Source of the DNA: Eledone cirrhosa
Taxonomy: Eukaryota
Length of the DNA stretch: 64,000 nt
NCBI GenBank assembly: GCA_964016885.1
Contig: OZ024743.1
Coordinates: 213,218,001 to 213,282,000 of the forward strand
Direction: 5' to 3'
Position 1 is the stretch's first letter, and each line of letters starts with the position of its first letter. The notes under the pieces were generated by a model, which saw nothing but the letters and a program-made list of their open reading frames with translations, had not been told where the DNA came from and did no database searches. Shown here piece after piece: positions 25,575 to 41,031 of the stretch. The position numbers and the translations under genes are program-made.

Positions 25575-28536
25575 TCAGGTCACCAGTTGGTGCTACTGGT
25601 AACATGTGTCCCAGTACAACCCGTCCCATGGTCGGGTCGTTGGCGACTAAACTGGCAACCCCACCAAGGTTTCTTGGTGAGGAGGGAGACTTTGGACATC
25701 CTGCAGGACTAAAAACAAAACCTGTCAAAGAGCAAAGGAGCTCGTAAGAGTCAATGGCCATCCAAATCACCGGGAGAGATGACCCCTTAGCCTTTGTCAA
25801 GGCAGAATTCTAGGAGAAGGTAAACTCTGATATAACACCTGCAACCCTGATGGTATCCAATGATGTTGATTTGTTCTTCTTTTTGGTAAATATCATCTTG
25901 GTTAAGAGAGTGGGACTGGCTTTGTGCAGTGCCTTTGCTCACTATAAAAGCTTCACGGCACAGGCATTGCTTTATATCTGGAGATCTCTCTGTACTTGTC
26001 GTCACATGGTACCATGGGCCCAGCACTATGTGTCAATAATTGTCACAAGTGTAGTGTTTGTACCAGAGTTTTCAACTCGTTGGCTGGACTAAAAAGTCAC
26101 ACTCGTTCAGCGCATCGGTAGGGGTTCTCCTACATGGATATAAAGTAGTGGCCGTACTCGAAAACGAGTTGGCAGCCACCATGTATGTATGTATGTACGT
26201 ATGTATGTATGTATGTATGTATGTATGTATGTATGTATGTATGTATGTATGTATGTATGTATGTATGTATGTATGTCGGGTCACTCTTGAGTGCTACTGG
26301 TAACATGTAACCCAGTACAACCTGTCGCATGGTCGGGTCGTCGGCGACTAAACCGGCAACCCCACCAAGTTGGTGAAGAGGGTGATTTTGGACACCCTCA
26401 GGACAAAAAACAAAACCTGACAAAGGGCGGAAGAACTCATAAGGGTCAACGGCCATCCAAAAGTGTATAAATATGTACATACACATGTACATATGTATGT
26501 ATATGTGTATATACATGGGTGAATGTGTATGTAAATACGCGGGGACATAGAAATAGTCGGGCTGGACACCCGATCGCGCGGTTAAACCACTGGGAGTGAA
26601 GAACCCCTAGCATTTCTCAGGGCAATCTTCTAGGAGAAGGCAACTGAGGAAACAAGGATAACTCCGATATAAAACCTGCGATGATGTTGATCTTTTCTTC
26701 TTTTCGGGTTATAGCTACTGTCACTCAGAGAGTGGGATTGGCTCAATGCACAGTCTTTCTCACTTTAAAACATATCTTCACGCACAGACATTGCACGATA
26801 GAATTAATTAATAATTATTAATAATAGTATATCGTGCAAAGGCCATGCTCGATAACGAGGAGGCAGCCATCATGTATGTATGTTAGGTTGCTCTTCAGCG
26901 CTACTGGTATCATGAATCCCAGTAGAACGTGTGCATGGTCGGGTCGGTGGTGACTAAACCGGCAACCCCACTAAGCTTGCTTGGCGAGGAGGGTGATTTT
27001 GGACACCCTGCGGGATGAAAATCTAAACTCGTCAAAGGGCGGAGAAACTCAAGAGAGTGAACGGCCAACCAATAAAGTGTTTTCTTTTGTGGAACGAAAG
27101 ACTCCTAGTCTTCATTAAGATATCTCTCTAGGAGGAGGTTACGCTGATATAAAACCTGCAACTTTGTTTGCATCCAATGATGTAGACTAGTTCTTTTTGC
27201 GTAAATTCGATGTTCAGAGTGTGATTGGTCCCGTGCAAACCCTTTCCTCACTTAAAAAAACCTTCAAGTACAGGCATCGCTTAATATATGACATTTTTTA
27301 CGAAGCATGTATGCATGTATGTATATATGCGTGCATGCATGCATGGTTGCATGCGTGCATGCATGTATGTATGTCAGGTCGCTCTCGAGTGCTACTGGTA
27401 ACATGTAACCCAATACAGCCTGTTTCAAGGTCGGGTGGTCCGCGACTAAACTGGCAACCCCACCAAGCTTGCTTGGTGAGGAGGGTGATATTTGGACACC
27501 CGGAGGGATGAAATGCAAGACCCGACAAAAGGCGGAGGAACGGCCATCCGAATAGTACTCCCCCCACCTGGGAGTTAAAGGCCTTCAGTTGTTGTCAACA
27601 CCTTTCTAGGAGAGGGAAACTCTGAACAAAAAAAAACCTGCGGCTTCGGAAGCATCCGATGATGTTGACCAGTTCTCCTTTTCGAGTAGCGCTTTCGATG
27701 CTCAGAGAGTGGGATTAGTCGAGTGCAAGGCCTTCCCCCACTTTAAAACATTCAAAGCACAGGCATTGCTTGTTCAGGATCTGTTACAGGTTCATATGGC
27801 TGGCCGAAGCCTAAAACTGCACCAAACTCTATAATCTGACAAGCGATTGCAATACTCTTAGCAGAGTTTGTATGTATGTATGTATGTATGTATGTATGTA
27901 TGTATGTATGTATGTATGTATGTATGTATGTCAGGTCACCAGTTGGTGCTACTGGTAACATGTATCCCAGTACAACCTGTCTCATGGTCGGGTCGTTGGC
28001 GACTAAACTGGCAACCCCACCAAGGTTCGTGGTGAGGAGGGTGACTTTGGACATCCTGCAGGACTAAAAACAAAACCTGTCAAAGGGCAAAGGAGCTCTT
28101 AAGAGTCAATGGCCATCCAAAATCACCGGGAGAGATGACCCCTTAACCTTTGTCAAGGCAGAATTCTAGGAGAAGGAAAACTCTGATATAACACCTGCAA
28201 CCCTGATGGTATCCAATGATGTTGACTTGTTCTTCTTTTTGGTAAATATAATCTTGGTTAAGAGAGTGGGACTGGCTTTGTGCAGTGCCTTTGCTCACTA
28301 TAAAAGCTTCACGGCGCAGGCATTGCTTTATATCTGGAGATCTCTCAGCACTTGTCGTCACATGGTACCATGGCCCCAGCACTATGTGTCAATATTTGTC
28401 ACAAGTGTAGTGTTTGTACCAGAGTTTTCAAGTCGCTGGCTGGACTAAAAGGTCACACTCGTTCAGTGCATCGGTAGGGGTTCTCCTATATGGATATAAA
28501 GTAGTGGCCGTACTCGAAAACGAGTTGGCAGCCACC
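25575..28536 (+). mobile_element. Head-to-tail array of five bipartite RTE-derived non-autonomous elements separated by (TATG)n
   Basis: Units ~25575-26180, 26276-26871, 26883-27306, 27374-27790, 27931-28536. Shared head, RTE-5'UTR-like CTAGGAGAAGG.AAACTCTGATAT.A.ACCTGC; the complete units end GGCC.TACTCGA.AACGAG..GGCAGCCA.C(ATGT)n like the RTE at 56470-56516. Confidence 0.85.
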
Positions 28537-28659
28537 ATGTATGTATGTATGTATGTATGTATGTATGTATGTATGTATGTATGTATGTATGTATGTATGT
28601 ATGTGTGAATGTATGTATGTATGTGTGTATGTACACACATACACACAGACATACACACA

Positions 28660-28716
<57 letters not shown>

Positions 28717-28848
28717 TAAAATTATTTTAATAAATATTTGCTCTTCGGTTCTTATATATTTGATATATATGTTCCTTATCGAGCCCTCTTTGGATTTTAG
28801 TCTTCAATTTTATTATTATTACTATATATATATATATATATATATATA

Positions 28849-30891
28849 TCTAAGTCCAAAATTAAGATAAATGAATTAAATGAATTTAATCTAAATCGAA
28901 ATCATGAGTGTCATGACATAATGCATGCGCCATATATCCTGAGAATTTAAGCTCAAAGATAAATAAATCTGAGCATATTATAATAACTAGAGATTGATTA
29001 ACATATAAAAATACATGAATAATCACAGGAGATAATTTAAGCTTGCGTGTAACCGCGCATAGCTAGTTTAGGCAATATTTACCTTTAAGTGTGATTAACT
29101 TTCCTTGTATATATCCCATTAAAGAAATATATTTCACCAATTAATCAGATGGTAAGTCACGGAAAGTGGATATTATTGGATTGTCAACAAGGAAATAGAT
29201 AATTTCCAGCTATTCGTGCTACAGAGCGAGATCAAATCTTCAACTATCCGTCACCACGTGTTGCGTCCACACAAGATAGCGGTTTCGTTTCAGTGGCGTG
29301 AAAAGGTATTCGACAACTAGAAATAGCAGTCAAAATTCTTCTCAACAGAAATAGCTCTACAATTAAGGAGCCGTATATATATATCTAAGTGCAAAATTAA
29401 GATAAATGAATTAAATGAATTTAATCTAAATCGAAATCATGGGTGTCATGACATAATGCATGCGCCATATATCCTGAGAATTTAAGCTCAAAGATAAATA
29501 AATCTGAGCATATTATAATAACTAGAGATTGATTAACATATAAAAATACATGAATAATCACAGGAGATAATTTAAGCTTGCGTGTAACCGCGCATAGCTA
29601 GTTTAGGCAATATTTACCTTTAAGTGTGATTAACTTTCCTTGTATATATCCCATTAAAGAAATATATTTCACCAATTAATCAGATGGTAAGTCACGGAAA
29701 GTGGATATTATTGGATTGTCAACAAGGAAATAGATAATTTCCAGCTATTCGTGCTACAGAGCGAGATCAAATCTTCAACTATCCGTCACCACGTGTTGCG
29801 TCCACACAAGATAGCGGTTTCGTTTCAGTGGCGTGAAAGACAACTAGAAATAGCAGTCAAAATTCTTCTCAACAGAAATAGCTCTACAATTAAGGAGCCG
29901 TATATATATATCTAAGTGCAAAATTAAGATAAATGAATTAAATGAATTTAATCTAAATCGAAATCATGGGTGTCATGACATAATGCATGCGCCATATATC
30001 CTAAGAATTTAAGCTCAAAGATAAATAAATCTGAGCATATTATAATAACTAGAGATTGATTAACATATAAAAATACATGAATAATCACAGGAGATAATTT
30101 AAGCTTGCGTGTAACCGCGCATAGCTAGTTTAGGCAATATTTACCTTTAAGTGTTGACAATCCAATAATATCCACTTTCCGTGACTTACCATCTGATTAA
30201 TTGGTGAAATATATTGCTTTAATGGGATATATACAAGGAAAGTTAATCACACTTAAAGGTAAATATTGCCTAAACTAGCTATGCGCGGTTACACGCAAGC
30301 TTAAATTATCTCCTGTGATTATTCATGTATTTTTATATGTTAATCAATCTCTAGTTATTATAATATGCTCAGATTTATTTATCTTTGAGCTTAAATTCTC
30401 AGGATATATGGCGCATGCATTATGTCATGACACCCATGATTTCGATTCAGATTAAATTCATTTAATTCATTTATCTTAATTTTGCACTTAGATATATATA
30501 TACGGCTCCTTAATTGTAGAGCTATTTCTGTTGAGAAGAATTTTGACTGCTATTTCTAGTTGTCGAATACCTTTTCACACCACTGAAACGAAACCGCTAT
30601 CTTGTGTGGACGCAACACGTGGTGACGGATAGTTGAAGATTTGATCTCGCTCTGTAAGCAAGAATAGCTGGAAATTATCTATTTCCTTGTTGACAATCCA
30701 ATAATATCCACTTTCCGTGACTTACCATCTGATTAATTGGTGAAATATATTTCTTTAATGGGATATATACAAGGAAAATTAATCACACTTAAAGGTAAAT
30801 ATTGCCTAAACTAGCTATGCGCGGTTACACGCAAGCTTAAATTATCTCCTGTGATTATTCATGTATTTTTATATGTTAATCAATCTCTAGT

Positions 30892-30897
<6 letters not shown>
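28849..30897. repeat. ~530-bp tandem repeat (about 2.5 units) followed by an inverted run (about 1.4 units); Helitron-like termini inside each unit
   Basis: Unit starts at 28849, 29384 and 29911; inversion at ~30153; A|TC start and TGCGTG-taac-CGCGCA hairpin + CTAG|T at 29044-29066. Confidence 0.8.
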
Positions 30898-30928
<31 letters not shown>

Positions 30929-32156
30929 AATTAAACGTTACGACAGAAGTTACATAATCATATTTATTATAACGTATTTCTGTAATACCGGCATGGAGCT
31001 GTAGTCCAGTTGTTAATACAGCGAGTTGCACCAGTGTGACAGTATCAGATATTAACAGTATTATGTGGGTGGGTCGATATGTTGTAGGCTAACGCGATCA
31101 TGCTCACGGAAGTCCATTACATTTGATCGCCATCTCTAGACTGGATGGATTCAACTTACGTGGAGTGCTCTAACTGCTCAAACTCGTTTATCAAAGAGAA
31201 GTCATTACGAAACTTTTACAGATAAACAACACAGCATCGACAACAACAACACACCCACACGCACATATATATATATATATACACGCGCAACACATTCACA
31301 CATACACCCCATATACCTTACACACACGCACACACACATATATATGGGGGCGGAGCATTGTGAAATACTTTCAAATACATAGGATTGTAAACATGGCTCT
31401 GCTGCAGTATTTTGATTGTTTTGATAATTCTTATTTTCTTTCGTATAATCTTCTGTTTTGAACAATAAATCTCCTAGGTCTAGTCAAGTTACGTTCACGA
31501 TATACTGTCTTATCTTATCTTATTGTTGAATTTATTGTATTTCTCTATGTAAAAGTTGATTTAAATTCAGACGAGAATCACGAAAACGCTCTTTTGTTTA
31601 CTTCTCATTCTTTATTAACCGGTCTTTGAACTATCTGTAAGATGACGTCATCTTTCTTTCAGCGACAAGGAAACAGACTCGTTATAGGTTATTGTATTTA
31701 GTTTGTTGGAAATATTATATGTCAGAAGAGTTCTGTATTAAACTTTGCTATTAATATAACTTCCCTTTTCACGTTGTTAATTGTAGGTGAGTTTTTGTAA
31801 TATCTATGTAAATCAAAAACAGGTAAATAAATAAATATACATGAAAGATACTGTGTGTACTTGTGTGAATGTGTGCGTGCGTGTATGTGTGTGCGTGTGT
31901 GCGTTTGCGTTAGTTTTATATTATACATTTATATTGACTAACCGTAACGGTATGATTCAACCAAGGTTGTCACGTTATTTCGTTCCTTCGTTCTGTTTCT
32001 GTGAAGTGAAAAACTACCGCTGGTTGTTTCATGGTCCTCCCACTAGAGGGGATTACAAAGACATTACTCTGGAGGGTAACGAGGGTGACGTGCTGAAAAA
32101 AAACAGTTCAACTCGCGAGGCTCTTCCTAAAAGTCTATGGTTCACTGATGAAATCA

Positions 32157-32513
32157 TAATTGTTTCTACTATTGGCACAAGGCCAGCAATTACCCAGTAC
32201 ATTACTGGTACTTTATTTTATCGACCCCGTAAAAATGAAAGGCAAAGTTAACCTCGGCGGGATTTGAACTCAGAATGGCAAGGGCCGTAACTCTATGCGT
32301 CAAAGCATGGCGTCCGACTCTCTAAATCATAATTGTTTCTACTTTTGGCACGAGGCCAGCAATTAACCAGTGCATTACTGGTACTTTATTTTATCAACCC
32401 CGTAAGGATGAAAGGCAAAGTTAACCTCGGCGGGATTTGAACTCAAACCGTAAAGGGACGTAACTACCCTGGAAAGCATGGTGTCCGACTCTCTACCGAT
32501 ACTGCCAATCCAC
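32157..32513 (-). mobile_element. Two tandem Nin-core tRNA-SINEs
   Basis: Same family as 1109-1291. Confidence 0.85.
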
Positions 32514-32795
32514 CAATATCAAAACATGTCTAGAATTGTCTCTCGTACTTGCCATAATAAATAATATAATATCACTCATTGACCACTATTTTTTTTTTAA
32601 TCTCGCCACCTAATTATTTCTATTTAGCTTTGTAATATTCCCCAGTGGCCCCTCAGACTGGTGCTTATCCCGGTTTTCATGGCTTTAAGCGACTCCCCGG
32701 TCCCAGCACCGCAGTCCCCCGTCTCTCTCTCTGTGACCAATATATATATATATTGATCACTTGTTAGTCTTGCTAACGGAATAAAATAAGTTTCT

Positions 32796-32826
32796 CTGAG
32801 GAGGTCAAATAAAACCGAAACATGTC
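32796..32826 (+). ncRNA. Hammerhead core lacking stem I partner
   Basis: CTGAGGA-GGT(caaataaa)ACC-GAAA-CATG-TC; no complement to the upstream strand after GTC. Confidence 0.5.
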
Positions 32827-33062
32827 TGCTGCTTTCACCAGTTTGCTTTAACCCCTAGATCCTCTTACATCTGCATAGTCGCACCCCGCCACCAAATTTC
32901 CGTTAGTTGATTTTTATTGTAGATATCTCTCCAGTAAGATGTTTTAAACATTGAAAACCTACCCACAGAGAATACTTTTCTACTCACAGCACAGATAATA
33001 TCAGACAATCGAATTCGCAAAAATCACTTTTTTAAATATTTGAGACCCTACCATATATATCC

Positions 33063-33245
33063 AGATCTGCCAACCTCTTAAAACCCAAACGGGGAGTACC
33101 ATGAAAAAACGGGGCCCCAAATGGGTAGAAATAGGGAGATTTTACATAATGAAACTTATACCCATTTTCACAAGAGAAGACATCTCTCACCCACCCAAAA
33201 GTGGGTGAGAGATCTCCCCGTCCGACGGGGAGAGTCGACAGGTCT
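33063..33245. mobile_element. Short MITE with AGA.CTG.C.AC.. TIRs in TA context
   Basis: AGATCTGCCAACCTCT ... GGGAGAGTCGACAGGTCT; internal hairpin TCTCTCACCCAC/GTGGGTGAGAGA. Confidence 0.55.
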
Positions 33246-33907
33246 ATATATTATTTTTACAATTATCGATTAGAGGTTTCTAACGACATTTCTATTTTGT
33301 TTTGTAATGTAGTGTAAATGTAATGATTGTTTGTAGTAGTTACATGACAGGCGGCGATAAATTGTATGACGAATATAGCAATTAGAACCATGAAGTTTAT
33401 ACTTTTACATTCTATTTCAATATTACACGAATCAAATGAAGTTTATTCAGTTGCCAATGTGTAAGCTTGTAGTTTATTGTTGATAATGAGATTTATGTTT
33501 AAAATTTCATGTTCTTACAATATACAATTAGTGATAATTTACAAATAGGTGTTCGGTTTAATGAGTTTTATGATAATGCATTCATCTGTTTCATAGCCTG
33601 GCTACATCCGGTTCATGTAATACATGTTATGTCTGGTTTGTTGGCTTCACCGTCTGGTGTGTCTTATGTATTAATTGTATTAAATTTGTTTCTTTACTGA
33701 TCTATGATTCAGCCTGCTAATTTATTAAATAATCTGTTATTAACTTACGCTTGTTTTACCTTATTAATTAATTTATTTGCGTCGTGCTGCTTTTGTCAAG
33801 AATGACGATCGGTCTAAATAAACACAAAGTTAAAGATGAAGTGCAATCGTGTTTTCCATAAAATGACCCACCCCCTTTCTCTCTCTCACAAACACATATA
33901 TGTATAT

Positions 33908-34087
33908 AATTGTTTCTACTTTTGGCACAAGGTCAGCAATACCCAGTACATTACTGATACTTTATTTTATCGACCCCGTAAGGATGAAAGGCAATGTGAA
34001 CCTGGGCGGGATTTGAACTCAGACCGTAAAGGGACGTAACTATGCTAGAAAGCATGGCGTCCGACTCTCTACCGATACTGCCAATCC
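33908..34087 (-). mobile_element. Nin-core tRNA-SINE
   Basis: Same family as 1109-1291. Confidence 0.85.
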
Positions 34088-34646
34088 AATGGTTGCATAT
34101 AAGTTATATTGCTCTTTACAAGATCTAAAACACTAACAGGTTTTATATAAGATGCAACACCATCATTATTCGACCCCCCTCCTCTTCTTCATGTATATGC
34201 CTAGCATGGTATATACCTAGTATGGCACTGAGGGAGTGTGTTGCATGATAACTCACCCCACTCCAGAGACTAGAACTAGTTCAAAGTTACAGCAAGGTGT
34301 CTGAAGAATATTCAGAATAAACAAAATTAGTATCATAGAGTGAAAATGAAAATAAAAAAAAAACAAAAAAAAACCAACAACTAAAACAATCAAACATGTT
34401 CTCTGTATACAACAAACAAGAAAAGAAACGTGAAAATAATTCTAGAAAAGATTTAGGGGTTTAAACAACCGAAACATCTAGGAAAAAAACACACAAGAAA
34501 CAGAAAAGTAAACAAAAACGGATACTGATAGAATAGTAATGGGATTAGAAAAATAAAAGTAATGGAGTGGAAAAAAACCTCTAAGCTTGCCAGACTGCAT
34601 ATATATGAACTAAGGCAATTTGAAAAAGAACAGGAAGATCTTTGGT

Positions 34647-34984
34647 GGATTGGCAGTATCGGTAGATGGTCGGACGCCGGCCCTTGCCATTCTAAGTTAA
34701 CTTTGCCTTTCATCCTTATGGGGTCGATAAAATAAAGTACCAGTAATGCACTGGGTAATTGCTGGCCTTGTGCCAAAAGTAGAAACAATTATTATATAGA
34801 TTGGCAGTATCGGTAGAACGTCAGACATCAAGCTTTGCAGCGTAGAGTTATGGCCCTTTACGTTTTGAGTTCAAAACCCGCCGACGTTAACGTTGCATTT
34901 CATCCTTACGGGATCCATAAAATAAAGCACCAGTAATGCACTGGGGTAATTGCTGGCCTTGTGCCCAAAATAAAAACAATTATT
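34647..34984 (+). mobile_element. Two tandem Nin-core tRNA-SINEs
   Basis: ATTGGCAGTATCGGTAGA head, core and ..AAACAATTATT end twice. Confidence 0.85.
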
Positions 34985-35946
34985 AGATGGAAGAAACATC
35001 ATTAATATGATGGTGTGGGCTTTACTAATGCTAAAGTGATGAACTGGTAGAGTCGATAGAGCGTCGGATAAGATGCGTTGAACTATTTAGATTCCGAGTT
35101 CAAATCATACTGCGGCCTACTTGAATGTTCTACATAATCGGTCAAACGCTTTAACACCACTACCTGGTCCTTAAGTAACTTTAGCAATGTCCATTCTGTT
35201 ACAAGCGTTAGGTCCAGAACTCCAGTTAAATGATAAATTTCCGCTCTCTCCCACCATTTTTGGAGGACCCAGAAAAATATCACTGATCTAGCGATAAAAT
35301 CTATGCCTTGATCTAGCGATAAAAGAAAAGGTTTTGAGACACATGAAAATATCTTCAGTAGTTTTTTGAAATTAGACAGCAAGAAGTTGTAGTAGAATTT
35401 CTTAACCATTCAGCTACACCACACGTCACTTACTGTTTGTTATAACTGGCAGGGCATTGTAAAATGTTAAAGTAGAGTGTTCTTTACTCAAAGACAGAAC
35501 TATTAACTGTCTGCCATTGAATCATCACTCTGTCTGGAGGGATATGTCACTATTATCTGACTTTTTTTTTGTATATTTTTAAATAAAACAAACACAGTTT
35601 GGCGTGTTTCGCTGTTCTGAGTTGAGAAGGAATTTTGAGCTGAGAAAACAACAACAAAAAAACAAACAAACTATAAAACAAAAAAATAACAACAAAACAA
35701 AACAACAGCAATAATGACAACAAAATAATAATAAAATAATAATAACGTAATAATAATAATGCCGAAAACATCAATGCAGCTATAAGTTTGTCTTCCAAAC
35801 CCAAACGAAAACAAAATTAGACAAAATAAAATAGAATGAACAGACAGACAACAAAGAAAGTGAAAAATAAATCAATCAAGAAAAAAAAAAAAAAATCAAA
35901 CAAGCTCAAAAGACAAGCGAAACAAGAACGAAAAGAAAATGATTTT

Positions 35947-37630
<1,684 letters not shown>

Positions 37631-38027
37631 TAAAATTTACAACTCGTTAATAGCAAGAAACAAACAACAAAAGGCAAGCTTAGAAAACTAAAATACTACA
37701 ATTAGTATGGCATGAAATAAATAACAAAATATAGGGAGAGAAGGAGAGGGAGGGATGAGAGGGAGGGAGATAGAGAGAGAGAGGTTGAGAAAAAAGGAGA
37801 TGAGTAGTGTGAGGTAAGAAACTACAGAGTAGGAGTTAATCGACACGACGAGTGAAGGTGCACTAGAGTCAAATACAGTTAAAAGAGTCAATACACACAC
37901 ACATATACATAAACACACACACACACGCACATATATATAGTGTGTGTGTTCACACACACATATATGTATAACATATATATTATTTTGAAATCGTTATAAA
38001 ACACAAACGCACACACACGCACATACA

Positions 38028-38131
<104 letters not shown>

Positions 38132-38156
38132 GTATATGTGTATATATATATATATG

Positions 38157-38190
<34 letters not shown>

Positions 38191-38371
38191 CATTTATGCA
38201 TGTATGTATAAATTTACATTAGTTGATATGTATATGTGTGTATAACAAAATATATATAATGTTGATGTCTTACCAAATAATAAATATAAAATAAATAATT
38301 AAAAAAAATGGACGAACAGAACAATCGAAAGTCAAAACAAGACCCCCACCACACACACACACACACGTATG

Positions 38372-38402
<31 letters not shown>

Positions 38403-38989
38403 ATATACACACACATTCACACACACACTCATACATTCACACACACACACTCACACATTCACACACACATATTCACGCACACACATTCATACAAAAACAC
38501 ATACATGCGTAAACACACCCACACACACATACAAGCATACACACACAAACACATACATACGTAAACACACATACACATATAAACATTTCAGACACATAAT
38601 CGAACACATACATATACACACATACATTATACGCTTTACACATAAATACACAAAACTGTAGATAGATACATAAATATATTACACAAATATGCATACAGCC
38701 ACATACACGAACACATACTTATATACACAACCATATATTCACATTATACGCTTTATATCTACACATAAATACACAGAACTGTTGATAGATACGTAAATAT
38801 AATTAAAACAAAGAAATATTGAGTATGTTTTGACAAATTGTTTACTATGCACACAACAACGTCTTCGGTAGAAGGATGTTTCTTTTCTAAAAGTCAGAAC
38901 AAACTAGGCACTATGACAAGCTGTCGTAGACTAACATTCTTTACAGACTTACAATAACATAGTACAACACAATAAATATATTATCAACT

Positions 38990-39692
38990 ACACACCACCA
39001 CCACCACCACCACCACCACAGCCACCATCACAACCACCACGACTACGAATATCTCCACCACCACCACCACCACCACCACCACCATCGCCGCAATCGCCAC
39101 CACCACCACCAACACCACCACCACCACCACCACCACCACCACCACCAACACCACCATCACCATCTCATCACCACCAGTACCAGCACCAGCACCAACACCA
39201 ACACCAGCACCAGCACTAGCACCAGCACTACCATCACCGCTATTACCACCACCATAACCACCACCACGACCACCATCTCATCACCACCACCTTGACCACC
39301 ATCACTGTTTCATCACCACCAGCACCAGCACCAGCACCAGCACCAGCACCAACACAAGCACCAGCACTAGCACCAGCACCACCACCAGCACAACGACCAT
39401 CACCATCACCACTATTACCACACTATAACCACCACCACCACCACCACCACCATCATACCACCATCACTATTTCATCACCACCAGCACCAGCACACCACCA
39501 CCACCGTCTCATCACCAGCAGTACCACCTCCACCATCACCACCATCACCACCATCACATTCTCACCATTACGACCACTATTACCACCACCAGCAGCACCA
39601 CTACCATCACCACCATCACTACCACCACTAATATCACCAGCAGCAGCAACACCACCACCACTATCGCCACCGCTATTACCACCCCACCATCA
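38990..39692. repeat. (CAC)n/(CAGCAC)n low-complexity tract
   Basis: Direct reading. Confidence 0.93.
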
Positions 39693-40104
39693 TGTCTACT
39701 ATAATTCGCCATCGTACATTGCTACTCATTTAATAACAATAAAATATATACAAATAAAAAAAATATCCCCAAACTATTGGTAAAATTGATTTGAAATGTT
39801 TTTCTTTCTTTCATCTAATCAACAAAACACCACAATATTAAAGATGGAGGAAAAACAATAGTTAAAACAACAACAAAAAACACAAAAAGCAGTATTTTGT
39901 GTTGTGTTGGGTGTGAGAAGAGGTGTATAAGACGAGAGGAAAATAAATTATAAATAAACGTAATTTTATTTTAAAAACAACGAAATATATGAAAAGAATG
40001 TCCACGAGAAGAGATAGATTAAAATGCTTGTTTAAATTATTATGTAGTCGGTTTAAATAAATAAAGGAAATTAATAAATCTTAGATTTATACTATATTTA
40101 CCAT

Positions 40105-41031
40105 TAAGGTGGTGAATTTACAGAGTCATTAATTAGAGCGTCGGATTGATTAGCTTGCGGTGTTCGTTAAGGCGCCCTGCGCTCTGAATTATAAATTGTT
40201 TCTTATATAGGCAGCATATTTTGGGGGAGAGGGAAGTCGATTAAATCAACCCCAGTGTGTGACTGGTACTTTATTTTATCTACCCCATAAGGACGAAAGG
40301 CAAAGTTAACCTTGGTGGGATTTGATCTCAGATCATAAAGGGCCGTAACTCTATACTACAAAGCATGGCGTCCGACCCTCTACCGTTACTGCCAATCCAC
40401 CGCCCTAACGCTCTGAATTAATGATAATAATCATTTCTAGACTTGGCAGAGCGATGATTGGTAGTATAGGTAGAGCGTCGGACAACATGCTTTGTGGCAT
40501 ATAGCTACATGCCTTTATATTCTGAGTTCAAATCACGCAGAAAAATAAAGTTCCCGGTGTCGATTTAATCGACTTTTTTTCTGCCCCCAAAATCGTGCCT
40601 ATATCAGAAACCATTATTTCTAGACTAGACAGAAGGTCAGCAATTTCGTGGCGGAGAAAGTCAATGAAATCTACTTCAGTACTTGACACAACCTTCATTT
40701 TATATAACTCGGAAGGATGAAAAGCAAAGTTTATCTTCGCCAGATTAGAACTCAGAATGTAAATGTCAACAATGAATTTTGTATGACTTTCTAACGATCC
40801 TGCCATATAATGATGATAATAATGGTTTCTAATTTAGGAAAAAGGCTAGTAATTTGGGGACAAAGCGAAGGGAATTACATTGATCCTAGTATTTTACTGG
40901 TACTTTATTATATCGACACCAGGAAAATGAAAGCTAAAGATGATTTCAGCGGGATTTGAACGTAAAGGACTGTAACTAAATCCCATTAAGCATTTTATCC
41001 GACGCTCTAATGATTCCTCTAATCTACTGCC
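40105..41031. mobile_element. Cluster of old Nin-core SINE copies in both orientations
   Basis: GGTACTTTATT.TATCGAC....GGATGAAAG.CAAAG-like cores at ~40265, ~40710 and ~40900. Confidence 0.7.

Noticed and set aside
25575-25680. HDV-like or twister ribozyme at the head of the RTE-derived elements
   Set aside because: Hairpins are present but the P3/L3/P1.1 or twister consensus could not be fitted.
32650-32700. GGTGCTTATCCCGGTTTTCATGGCTTTAAGCGACT resembling an ancient conserved SINE domain
   Set aside because: Too short to assign without a database search.
39292-39783. Pro/His/Thr-rich 163-aa ORF
   Set aside because: Arises from CAC/CAGCAC low-complexity DNA; no splice or domain support.
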